From IMG/VR virus record IMGVR_UViG_3300003690_002253: 64,000 nucleotides of DNA. One strand, 5' to 3'. Positions 37,940 through 46,529 of the stretch are shown in pieces. Numbering within the stretch: position 1 is the stretch's first letter; each line of letters starts with the position of its first letter. The notes beneath the pieces were generated by a model. It did not search any database. It had not been told where the DNA came from and saw nothing but the letters and a program-made list of their open reading frames with translations. The DNA comes from an uncultured virus (IMG/VR IMGVR_UViG_3300003690_002253) (lineage: Duplodnaviria > Heunggongvirae > Uroviricota > Caudoviricetes). The position numbers were made by a program, and so were the translations under genes.

Positions 37940-39877
37940 CTAAATGGAGCATTTGTCTCCAGTACACGCGTACTGACGCACTTGCTCCGTCATATCCTCC
38001 TTTTCATACTTCATAAGATCAGCCCAATTAATTTCAGGGAAGCTGGCTGACCTGCGATCGTACTCCTCTTTCTCCATCGCCTCATAAGGTGCAAGAGGGT
38101 ACGCACCACCAAAATAAGGCAAAAAACTCAGACCACCTACTTCATCCCAATGAGAATAAACCCAATTTCCAACATCAGCCCATTCCGTTTCCTTGACATA
38201 TATGGTTACAGCTGGGTTGTGTTCTGTCCAGTTTTTCTTAAAGAGGAGCCACTTAGCTAACTGCTCCAAAGCAGATTGCTCTCCCAGAAGAACACCCCCT
38301 TCAGGAGCACGCATAGGAAACTCCAACACGAGCAAACCACTGTCATCATAGTCCTCAAAAGTAGGAACACCGGCATCACGCAGCATCTTCGCAACCGGGT
38401 TGGTACTACTGGCTCGCACACGGCGAATGTAATACTGACCATGATGGCCTTTGAACCCGGCGGCTGTATCAAAGAATACACTACTATCCCCTGATGGTTT
38501 AATACATGTTAGTGCCGCTGATGGTCGAATACCCAATTTCTCAGACCAGTAAAGATTTGTGTCACGAACGTGACGTCTAATAGTAAGCAAGTTTTGTGCG
38601 GCGTCTTCTCCTTGAAACAACGGGCTGTCTAGAAAACCCAACAAATCTACTCCAAGGAGACGTTCATCCTCACTATTCTTTTTCCATTCATCAGACAAGT
38701 AACTGAAATTCGTCATTGTCGCCTGAAGGGTGCCCCAGATAGTAGCGCAGCGTGCTTTATCAATTACCTCTGTAAGCGTATCCTCAGGACGCACAACTGC
38801 AATAGACAAGTTACAGAACTGCTTGTCTCTCAGAACAATCTCCCCACACGGATTAGTGCCGAACAGGTAACCATCCGTTTCACGACGAGCAGGAAATTGT
38901 TTCTTCAAGCTGCCCCTGTTGAAAATACCCCGCTCACCACTCTGGCTGTGCGAAAGAGCATCCCATTCTTCCTTCCACTCTTCCGGGGAAGGCTTATCAG
39001 AATACACAGCGGAATTGTTGGCCTGATTCCGTTGAGGATCAGTATTCCAAAACTCCCCGTCCTTGCACTTGCGCATCTGCGTGTCACACAAATCAGACAA
39101 AGAAAGCCCACTAGCGCGACGCACACCACCCATCTGCACAATGCGATGGGCGTAGCAGTTGATATCGTGCAGGTCTAAGCTCGTAAGGCGTGTACCCTGA
39201 CGAACCAAAACTCTCTCACGAGTAAACCGAAGCAAATCCCGGAGAGGCCCCGGCCCCGAGGAACGACCGCCCTTGATCTTAAGCGGTGTTCCCTCTTTGC
39301 GTATCTTACTGAAGTCAAACTCAATATCACGACCATCAAGCCAAGTTTCCAAGCCTAACTTGTAAGCATCACACCAGCCTTCTGTCGTATCATCAATAAC
39401 ATGATGAGCTACAGCATCTTCCTGTTGCCTTTTGACAATAGGCCAAAACTTGACGCTGTGAGCATACTCAACCGAGAACCCAACACCGGTTCCCTGCATG
39501 AGAATATAAAGCTCCTCTGCCATATCGCGAGGGCTTTTCAGGAATTGGAAGGCACAATTGTAAACACCCACCTGACAACGCTCCAGAGCAGGACCAGCCA
39601 TCTGGATGCAGCGCATCGAAGGGCTAGCACGTAGCGTAAGAAGATCACTCCGAAGACGATTCCACACTTCAACACCCACTATGTCGGAATCATACTCTTC
39701 CTCGACATGCCCTTTAAAATAAGAAATGACCCGATCCACTGTCTCGGGCCATACCTCTCGTCTGTTGTCTTCGGGTCGAAAGCGAGCAAATTTGTCGAAA
39801 GCCTGAAAGAGTTGAGCGTGTTGATTTATGCCATTGAAATACTTGTGTACGTCCGCAAATTTAGATACCGCATCCAT
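37940..39877 (-). CDS. nrdJ: Class II (adenosylcobalamin-dependent) ribonucleotide reductase
   Basis: YNC, GTGVG, GGVRRAS, TNPCGEI, FCNL, TCIKPSG, C-terminal CTGDKC; start set at ATG 39877 with AGGAG SD. Confidence 0.93.
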   Translation of the reverse strand: MDAVSKFADVHKYFNGINQHAQLFQAFDKFARFRPEDNRREVWPETVDRVISYFKGHVEEEYDSDIVGVEVWNRLRSDLLTLRASPSMRCIQMAGPALERCQVGVYNCAFQFLKSPRDMAEELYILMQGTGVGFSVEYAHSVKFWPIVKRQQEDAVAHHVIDDTTEGWCDAYKLGLETWLDGRDIEFDFSKIRKEGTPLKIKGGRSSGPGPLRDLLRFTRERVLVRQGTRLTSLDLHDINCYAHRIVQMGGVRRASGLSLSDLCDTQMRKCKDGEFWNTDPQRNQANNSAVYSDKPSPEEWKEEWDALSHSQSGERGIFNRGSLKKQFPARRETDGYLFGTNPCGEIVLRDKQFCNLSIAVVRPEDTLTEVIDKARCATIWGTLQATMTNFSYLSDEWKKNSEDERLLGVDLLGFLDSPLFQGEDAAQNLLTIRRHVRDTNLYWSEKLGIRPSAALTCIKPSGDSSVFFDTAAGFKGHHGQYYIRRVRASSTNPVAKMLRDAGVPTFEDYDDSGLLVLEFPMRAPEGGVLLGEQSALEQLAKWLLFKKNWTEHNPAVTIYVKETEWADVGNWVYSHWDEVGGLSFLPYFGGAYPLAPYEAMEKEEYDRRSASFPEINWADLMKYEKEDMTEQVRQYACTGDKCSI

Positions 39878-39912
39878 GCCACACACGTCTCCTACGTTAA
39901 ACACACCAGAAT

Positions 39913-39936
39913 AAAAAAGGACGGTTCAACCGTCCC
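39913..39936 (-). terminator. Rho-independent terminator
   Basis: GGACGGT-TGA-ACCGTCC followed by T6. Confidence 0.7.
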
Positions 39937-40405
39937 GAGCCTGCTTCTGCCACCAGTTACCACTTGCCATATCGATAACTAATGAAGCATCCTCATCTGT
40001 AGGGGCCACAGCGAATATTTGAAGTCGAAGTCTGTGATCACTGTAGGTTCCCTCAATGCAGAATCGAGGACCTTCCAAGCCGCCATTATAAGCTGTCGGA
40101 TGAATCCACGCCATATTTTCTATCGAAGAAAACCCGGAAAGGAACGGAGAAATATCCAGACGGAATCCCGGGTTGATCATCGTGCCATCTTTCGGTCCGC
40201 CACGAAGCTCGTTGGCGCACGGGTACACCCCCAAAACCCACACGCCCGACTCGTTCACAGAATTTTCAGGCGAAAGCCACCGGTATCCAAGTTGTCCCAT
40301 CAGAGTGATAGGTTCGATGTACTCGTGAACCTTGTTGACAAGATCCAGCAACCACGGAGGAGGTGGAGAAACTTCATTTACGTGTAAACTCATGTGCTCC
40401 TCCAC
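39926..40405 (-). CDS. Hypothetical protein
   Basis: 159 aa, protein-like composition. Confidence 0.65.
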   Translation of the reverse strand: MEEHMSLHVNEVSPPPPWLLDLVNKVHEYIEPITLMGQLGYRWLSPENSVNESGVWVLGVYPCANELRGGPKDGTMINPGFRLDISPFLSGFSSIENMAWIHPTAYNGGLEGPRFCIEGTYSDHRLRLQIFAVAPTDEDASLVIDMASGNWWQKQARDG

Positions 40406-40962
40406 ACAGGTCCCCCCAAGTAATGGGAACCTCTCGCAGGGTCACAGTAAGAGGGCACGCCATCCACCGCCAAAAGAAGGTGAGGTGCTGCCCCGGCAAG
40501 GTACCGATCAACCTGCGCCAAACACTTACTGCGAAACCGACCCATAATCAAGACGCAGTTGAAGTAATCAGCCGGTACATAAGGAGGAGAACAGTACTGT
40601 GACTCATTTTTCTCCAACCACACAGTCGCAGCAGTCTGGGCCTGCGTCCAAGACATGTCTTCTTCGTTATCTACCACTGCATGTATTTCATGCTCAAAAG
40701 AAAACTGCTCTAGAAACTTTTGAATGTGTACCACGTCACCCGCACGGCCCCACATCAAACATCTAAGACCATCTTTTACAGCGAAACGAACAAAACCAGA
40801 CAACTGGTCATGCAGCTGTCGAATAACGATGCCGGGATGTGTTGGATAAAACCGGAAGTACTCAGAAGAGCAGCTATCCAAGTAAGACTGCGTCTGCAAC
40901 CGCAAATCTTCAAATGTACGTCTGGGAAACTGACCAAGATTAATAATCGAATCGTCGTTCAT
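40390..40962 (-). CDS. Hypothetical protein
   Basis: 190 aa co-oriented ORF. Confidence 0.6.
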   Translation of the reverse strand: MNDDSIINLGQFPRRTFEDLRLQTQSYLDSCSSEYFRFYPTHPGIVIRQLHDQLSGFVRFAVKDGLRCLMWGRAGDVVHIQKFLEQFSFEHEIHAVVDNEEDMSWTQAQTAATVWLEKNESQYCSPPYVPADYFNCVLIMGRFRSKCLAQVDRYLAGAAPHLLLAVDGVPSYCDPARGSHYLGGPVWRST

Positions 40963-41421
40963 CTATTCCATATCCGCTGACCACTGGTTTATTTCTTCTG
41001 GAGTCACAATTCTCTGGGGTTCTCCCTTATATGTCAGCTGAGTGCCGGGCCCCATAGCGTCTGATCCCTGAAAATAATCCAATAGAATCTCATCTCCGCT
41101 CCCAATAAAAGAAGAAGCCACCATCGTCAAGTTATTTTCATCAGAAGTGACGACAGCATTAGGTTTGGAAGAATGGTTCGTGTAACGAGCTACCTCGGAA
41201 ATTTCCCAACTGTGGTACAGGTCAATTCCCGGGATGCCGGGCACAAATGCAGCAAAATGAGTTATGACACTATCGGACTCAATGTCTTCAGTAGCAAACA
41301 AACCTTTACCGTGAATACTACTCGTCTCAATACGACACCCTAATTTCTCCTCTGGCTCTATCTTATCCTCAAATCCCAGCTTTTGAAGAATATCAATCTT
41401 TGTTTGACGGTTATCTACCAT
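40963..41421 (-). CDS. SET-domain protein lysine methyltransferase
   Basis: SSIHGKGLFATEDI, ARYTNHSSKPN, GDEILLDY. Confidence 0.9.
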   Translation of the reverse strand: MVDNRQTKIDILQKLGFEDKIEPEEKLGCRIETSSIHGKGLFATEDIESDSVITHFAAFVPGIPGIDLYHSWEISEVARYTNHSSKPNAVVTSDENNLTMVASSFIGSGDEILLDYFQGSDAMGPGTQLTYKGEPQRIVTPEEINQWSADME

Positions 41422-42835
41422 AGTCCATAGCCCATTTACTCAGTTCACCAGCGTCCACTTCACGCATCGGTTTTCTTTTATGTGTCAGACGAGTACCGGG
41501 AGCCATAGCCCCGGTGACTTGAAAATAACTCACCTTGATCTCGTCACCCTTCTTGATAGGCGCAGCCGCCACCATTGTCATCTTCTGCTTGTCGGAAGTA
41601 ACAATGGTGTTGGGATCAGGGGAATGGTTCGTGTAACGGGCAGCCTCAGAAAGCTCCCAATCATCCATTCCCATCTCGCCGGGGATGAAGTCAGCAGAAT
41701 GAGCTACACGGCCACCCGCAGGGATGTCACGCGTGGCAAACATACCTTTCCCGTGGATATCACTCTTCTCGATACGCCACGGTTCCTCCTCAGCCTGCTT
41801 GTCCCATTTGTACTCGGGAACGTCGTCATAACCTCGAATGTTAACATTGCGTTTGCGCAGTTCCTTCAGCACGTTCTTAACTTCTCTCACATACGTTGGT
41901 GTGACGGGGTCATAACTGATTCGCTCATCTCGTGTTAACTCGGGATGAACTCCTTCTTGACTAAACGTGCCGCCGGGAAGGCCATACAAATATGCGGGTT
42001 TATTCAGTAGCGACAACTTGCCGGGCTGTAACTCATCAATGTAGAAATCACGCTTCCCGGTGTCCGTATCCTCTTCGTAACCCATTGCCAACTCTTCGTC
42101 AGATGCTGGAAGTGCCATCGAAAGAGCAAGATTTTCGTCCGGTGTTCCGAAAACAACTGGCTTGTTAACCAATTCATGTGATCGCGGTTCGAGCCGATGA
42201 ATCCCGCCGACGGGTGAACCGTGATAGATTGTCTTCTCCCGCTCTACCTGCGCCCACGCGTCATCCTTTGACATACCTCCCTCAATAAGCTCCCAAGCCT
42301 TGTGAATGTCATCAAGCTTACTTGTCGGATATACGCTAAAGTCCTCGTCCGGGCTTGTAGCGGTCAAAAACCCGCCGGGACGATCCCGTCGTTCATAACC
42401 TCCACCAGCAATCAGCTGCTCCAACTGCTTTTTGTACTGCTCCTGCTCTTTCGGATCATCCGTAAGAAGCATCCGATCATAGTCACGACCTTCAGGCTCT
42501 GGTCGACCGTACTTGCGAGCACGCCCACGGGAACCTGTTAATTGTGATTTTTCTCGCAGGTTAGTAAGCAGTACCAGTTCCGGCGGTACTGCCGACTTGG
42601 GGATATGAATCTCGAAGCCTGATGAGATATGCGTAATCCCGTAGATACCGCCCTCTTCTGAGTCAATCTTGAACTCACTGGGGCTTTTCTTAATCAGCTT
42701 ACGCAAAATGTCATGCTTAGCCGCATAGTTCTTCCGATCCGATTCTTCTTTAGCTTTCAACAACTCTGCTACACGAGCAGTCTTAACTAGCGCTATCAGG
42801 CTTTTCCGTAATTCCGCTTCCCTGTCCATCGACAA
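41411..42835 (-). CDS. Polyvalent protein: unknown domain + nucleotidyltransferase-like + ADP-ribosyltransferase-like + SET domain
   Basis: LTGSR...DYD; IYHGS...VFGT...AYLY...ERIS; HGKGMFAT...ARYTNHSPDPN...GDEIKVSY. Confidence 0.8.
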   Translation of the reverse strand: MSMDREAELRKSLIALVKTARVAELLKAKEESDRKNYAAKHDILRKLIKKSPSEFKIDSEEGGIYGITHISSGFEIHIPKSAVPPELVLLTNLREKSQLTGSRGRARKYGRPEPEGRDYDRMLLTDDPKEQEQYKKQLEQLIAGGGYERRDRPGGFLTATSPDEDFSVYPTSKLDDIHKAWELIEGGMSKDDAWAQVEREKTIYHGSPVGGIHRLEPRSHELVNKPVVFGTPDENLALSMALPASDEELAMGYEEDTDTGKRDFYIDELQPGKLSLLNKPAYLYGLPGGTFSQEGVHPELTRDERISYDPVTPTYVREVKNVLKELRKRNVNIRGYDDVPEYKWDKQAEEEPWRIEKSDIHGKGMFATRDIPAGGRVAHSADFIPGEMGMDDWELSEAARYTNHSPDPNTIVTSDKQKMTMVAAAPIKKGDEIKVSYFQVTGAMAPGTRLTHKRKPMREVDAGELSKWAMDYGR

Positions 42836-42967
42836 ATATCCCTCCCTGTATCCGCTTGCGGAAAATCCGTCCCCGACCAGCCATCATAACGTCTTGCGTA
42901 GTAAATCGGGATATCCAACCGCGATAAATCCAGTTCGAAAAGTCACGATTTTTCCCCTTTTTCAGTA

Positions 42968-42997
42968 TTGACCATGTCCCCCAAAGGAGACTACCAT
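42968..42997 (+). promoter_or_regulatory. Sigma70-like promoter for csrA
   Basis: TTGACC-N18-TACCAT. Confidence 0.55.
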
Positions 42998-43041
42998 ACC
43001 CTTACTTGACCCGGAGGGATTTTTACAAGGAAGGAATCCAA

Positions 43042-43233
43042 ATGTTAGTCCTCTCTCGAAAGAAGAACGAGTCAATTGTCATTAACGATAACATCCACAT
43101 CACTGTCGTGGAAGTGCGAGGTGACAAGGTGAGGCTCGGAGTTACTGCCCCAAAAAGCGTGCCAGTACATCGCAAAGAGATTGCGGATAAGATAGAGGCA
43201 AAGGAAGCCTCTACTGTCACAACCAGTGAGTGA
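43042..43233 (+). CDS. csrA: Carbon storage regulator CsrA (translational repressor)
   Basis: MLVLSRKKNESIVINDNIHITVVEVRGDKVRLGVTAPKSVPVHRKEI; AAGGA SD. Confidence 0.95.
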   Translation: MLVLSRKKNESIVINDNIHITVVEVRGDKVRLGVTAPKSVPVHRKEIADKIEAKEASTVTTSE

Positions 43234-43240
43234 CGTCTCA

Positions 43241-43627
43241 CTACCTCAGCGCAGCGATCAAGCCGATAACGCTGAAAAAAGCAGTAAGCAGCATGACAAC
43301 TGCCCCGGCGATCACTTGACTGCGTGTAAGTGCTTTAGCAGCGGTTAGAGAATTACAGCTCTCGTGTATTTCTTTGATGACTTCGTCCTGTTGATTAAGT
43401 GCGTCCTCAGCTCTGGTAAGACGCTGCGCAAGAGGTGGCTGTCCATTACCGTCACGTACGATATGACAGAGGACTTGCACGTCCTCTTTCATATCAAGCG
43501 TACGCTGGTCTAAAGAAGCAAGACGTTCAAGAATCTGAGTATTAGACTCACTCAACTTCGTGTAATCACCACGAATGTCAGCTATTAACTCTACGACTTG
43601 CGAAAGTTCACTATTATCTTTTGGCAT
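43241..43627 (-). CDS. Coiled-coil protein with C-terminal TM helix
   Basis: 128 aa. Confidence 0.65.
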   Translation of the reverse strand: MPKDNSELSQVVELIADIRGDYTKLSESNTQILERLASLDQRTLDMKEDVQVLCHIVRDGNGQPPLAQRLTRAEDALNQQDEVIKEIHESCNSLTAAKALTRSQVIAGAVVMLLTAFFSVIGLIAALR

Positions 43628-43652
43628 GCGTCAACATCCTTGTCTTAGCGCC

Positions 43653-44219
43653 TTACCCGCTAAACGGGTTAAACCTTTTCATATTTTCCCATATATTTCC
43701 CGGAATATCTGACAAGCCCTGTGTTTGCCGGGGAGGGAGTCCCGCTTGCGCGCGGGCACGTGTATCGTTTCGTTTCCAGTTATACCCGCCGTACCCACTG
43801 CCAGCATTCAGCCGTTTGAACAAATCCATCGGATTATTCGGAAAATCCAATGGTGTTCGTGGCGTTGTCCCATCGCTGGCCTCGATCTGCGCTAGGGTGG
43901 GCGCACCACCAGTAAAGTTGTTGGGATTAACTGCCGTGTCACGTGTCGTACGCAGGTCCCGTCCACGTGCAGCGACAAAGCTTGGGGGATATGGGAATTG
44001 GCGCTGCGGCTGATCAGGAGGTAGTTGAGTTAATTCGTGACCATACGGTCGGCTTCGAGGTAGGTTCTGTGGAGAATCAGCATCTCGATTCTTGGACAGG
44101 TACTCAGGAGCATTCTTCGGTGAATACGCGCTTCTCGCCTCATTCCCTTGCAGCGGTGGAGCCGCACTCTTCATCATCTGTCGAGCAGCAATTCGACCTA
44201 ATTGAGCAATTGTGTTCAT
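43653..44219 (-). CDS. Leader-tagged Pro-rich protein, paralogue 3
   Basis: Starts MNTIAQLGRIAARQMMKSA. Confidence 0.75.
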   Translation of the reverse strand: MNTIAQLGRIAARQMMKSAAPPLQGNEARSAYSPKNAPEYLSKNRDADSPQNLPRSRPYGHELTQLPPDQPQRQFPYPPSFVAARGRDLRTTRDTAVNPNNFTGGAPTLAQIEASDGTTPRTPLDFPNNPMDLFKRLNAGSGYGGYNWKRNDTRARAQAGLPPRQTQGLSDIPGNIWENMKRFNPFSG

Positions 44220-44241
44220 CCTTAGCTTCCCCCTGTTTTCG

Positions 44242-44685
44242 TTAAGGATTTCGGCCAATCAGATTGGGGACTGGTCTGGGAATCAAAGGACCGGTTGCAC
44301 GTCCGGCGGTGGGGGTGCTAGGGGTTGGAGCAGGAGCAGGAGTAGGAGTAGGTCGGTTAATCAGACTGGGGGCTGGTCTGGAAATCTTAGGACCGGTTGC
44401 ACGTCCACCCATGAGACGATGACCAGCAGCCGAGCCGTAAGCCGGTTCCGTCTCCATCGGTGCCATCCGGGCTGACCCCGCCATGAGACGATGACCAGCA
44501 GCCGAGCCGTAAGCCGGTTCCGTCTCCATCGAGGATAGGCCTCGCTGCTGTTGGTTGAGGGAACGGTTCATCGGCGAGTTCATCGCCGCATTGGACGGAG
44601 CCGTACCGCCACGACGTGAGAGGTCAGCAGCATGCTTCATCATCTGTCGAGCAGCTACTCGGCCTAGTTGTGCAATTGTGTTCAT
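44242..44685 (-). CDS. Leader-tagged Pro-rich protein, paralogue 2
   Basis: Starts MNTIAQLGRVAARQMMKHA; internal repeats. Confidence 0.75.
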   Translation of the reverse strand: MNTIAQLGRVAARQMMKHAADLSRRGGTAPSNAAMNSPMNRSLNQQQRGLSSMETEPAYGSAAGHRLMAGSARMAPMETEPAYGSAAGHRLMGGRATGPKISRPAPSLINRPTPTPAPAPTPSTPTAGRATGPLIPRPVPNLIGRNP

Positions 44686-44732
44686 TTTAATTCTTCCGCA
44701 GAGAAGTCTCGTCCCTGCTGTCGTAGCCAACA

Positions 44733-45269
44733 TTATGGTCGGACATTGAACACACCGCCAAAGCCCCTACTAACGGCCTCAGACCAATTGGGGCCTGAAG
44801 CTTTGTTTGGTGGCGACCCGCGTGGTGTCCGTGGTGCTTCATAACTATCAGGAGTGCCTTCATCATCTAGATGCCCCGGAAATTGTGGGGTGAAAGGGAG
44901 ATTCTCCCGGCCCTGTGGATAGCTATTCATCAGATATTCATGCAGCTGATTGATGGTATCCCGCCCCGGCGAGCCGAGAGCGGCGTGAGTTAATTCGTGG
45001 GAAGGTGTTGGCGGCTGCTGATAACGTGGATTTCCCAATCCCTCAGGCGGACTTACGCGAGGGATATTCGGCTCATTGTATAATGGCGGCACTTCCGTAG
45101 TCCTTGGTGGAGGCGGCGGAGGGGCTTTTGGAATCCGTGATCCGGATTGCGGTGCACCGGCCCCCGCCATCGGTGAGGCGAATCTGCCCTCCGGCGCTGC
45201 AAACCCGTTCTGCGCCCGCTTAATCATCTCACGAGCAGCAATACGACCAAGCTGTGCTATTGTGTTCAT
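44733..45269 (-). CDS. Leader-tagged Pro-rich protein, paralogue 1
   Basis: Starts MNTIAQLGRIAAREMIKRA. Confidence 0.75.
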   Translation of the reverse strand: MNTIAQLGRIAAREMIKRAQNGFAAPEGRFASPMAGAGAPQSGSRIPKAPPPPPPRTTEVPPLYNEPNIPRVSPPEGLGNPRYQQPPTPSHELTHAALGSPGRDTINQLHEYLMNSYPQGRENLPFTPQFPGHLDDEGTPDSYEAPRTPRGSPPNKASGPNWSEAVSRGFGGVFNVRP

Positions 45270-45508
45270 AATTTTTACCTTGGCCAATAAAAATGACTTC
45301 CTGAGATCCCCTTCCTCAGGCCCGGCATCTCATACCGCTAAGTATAAAACTCATAGAGGGCTAAAGGTACTCCCCCTATTCCGCCTGTTATCGGGCCTTT
45401 TCGCCATGATAACATGCCCGTCTCGAACCAGCCTCCTGTGCGAGTTCTCAACTCCTAACCTGCCGGTACCTGCGACAAAGCCATTCACAGCATAATAACA
45501 AGTAGAAG

Positions 45509-45784
45509 TCACTTACGTCGAGGCGATTTATTTATCCTCTTCCCCACATATTCAAAAGCACGATGAAACTTAGCCCCGCACTCACATTCAGATGTAAGCT
45601 CAGCAAGTGCCCTCCTCACAGAACTCTCTGAATGTCCCCATGTTGGTCCGACCATCGTTCCCACCATTTGACATTCAGCATAAACACACAACTGACGATT
45701 TTCATCATCATTTTTTGCAGATGTGAAATGTACAACAGCTGGCGCTTTGCTTCCTCGTCGTCGTCGCGAACCAAAACGTGGCAT
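45509..45784 (-). CDS. Small basic Cys/His-containing protein
   Basis: 91 aa, CECGAKFH. Confidence 0.6.
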   Translation of the reverse strand: MPRFGSRRRRGSKAPAVVHFTSAKNDDENRQLCVYAECQMVGTMVGPTWGHSESSVRRALAELTSECECGAKFHRAFEYVGKRINKSPRRK

Positions 45785-45785
45785 A

Positions 45786-46301
45786 TTACTCGGCTTGAGG
45801 CCCCTTGTCGTTAGAATTGAATCGATCTTTGACTAATTGTTTAACCGCTTCTATATCGTGAGCATGTTTGTCCTCTACGAGATCCAGCATGGTGCCCAAA
45901 AGTTCTTCAAAACGACCTTCTTTCGTGACACCCACTGAGATCAACTCGTGAACCACCGTAAGCATCAAAGCTACCATGTGCCTGTTCCATAAACCCTCCT
46001 GCGACGTGACAGGAAGAGCCCCACTCGGAACCCACGACTCGTTTACGTCGTCATCCCCCTCTATTACAACCACACCGCCTGCGGCTTCCAACAACAATTC
46101 AACATCTTCGGGGTACACAAACAGGCAAACAACAGATGTCTCCACCCATACTGCGGATACCAGACAAGGGTACGACATAGGCGCAGAAGACTGAGTCCAA
46201 GCAATTTCCCGATCAGTGGTGCGGTACTTGGTGCTTATGTCACCTTGAAACTCTTCCCAGCACTCTGGAGAGATTAACAATACAAGAGGAGTACCAGACA
46301 T
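45786..46301 (-). CDS. Hypothetical protein
   Basis: 171 aa co-oriented ORF. Confidence 0.6.
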   Translation of the reverse strand: MSGTPLVLLISPECWEEFQGDISTKYRTTDREIAWTQSSAPMSYPCLVSAVWVETSVVCLFVYPEDVELLLEAAGGVVVIEGDDDVNESWVPSGALPVTSQEGLWNRHMVALMLTVVHELISVGVTKEGRFEELLGTMLDLVEDKHAHDIEAVKQLVKDRFNSNDKGPQAE

Positions 46302-46307
46302 GGTTGT

Positions 46308-46514
46308 TTACTCGATTCCATTCCTAATGGCCCACATTGCAACTTCGGTTTTAGAGCTGACATCCAGCTTCTTACGTATCCTACCAACATACGTCTTCAC
46401 CGTCTCATAACTAAGACCTAAAGACGTTGCTATTTCCTTGTATCGTAACCCCTTCACAATGAGTTTAACCACCTCAAGCTCACGAACTGTCAACTTTGCT
46501 TCAGGCATTACCAT
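46308..46514 (-). CDS. Stand-alone LuxR/GerE-type HTH regulator
   Basis: LTVRELEVVKLIVKGLRYKEIATSLGLSYETVKTYVGRIRKKL. Confidence 0.92.
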   Translation of the reverse strand: MVMPEAKLTVRELEVVKLIVKGLRYKEIATSLGLSYETVKTYVGRIRKKLDVSSKTEVAMWAIRNGIE

Positions 46515-46529
46515 CGGATATTACTCTTT

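Noticed and set aside
28696..39904. Inteins or introns in RNAP or nrdJ
   Set aside because: Motifs are colinear with no large insertions or splice-junction signatures
22219..44531. Dispersed repeat as a diversity-generating retroelement TR/VR pair
   Set aside because: Mismatches are not adenine-specific and no reverse transcriptase is in the window
44288..44531. CRISPR-like array
   Set aside because: Only two copies, in frame within a protein, no spacer series or cas genes
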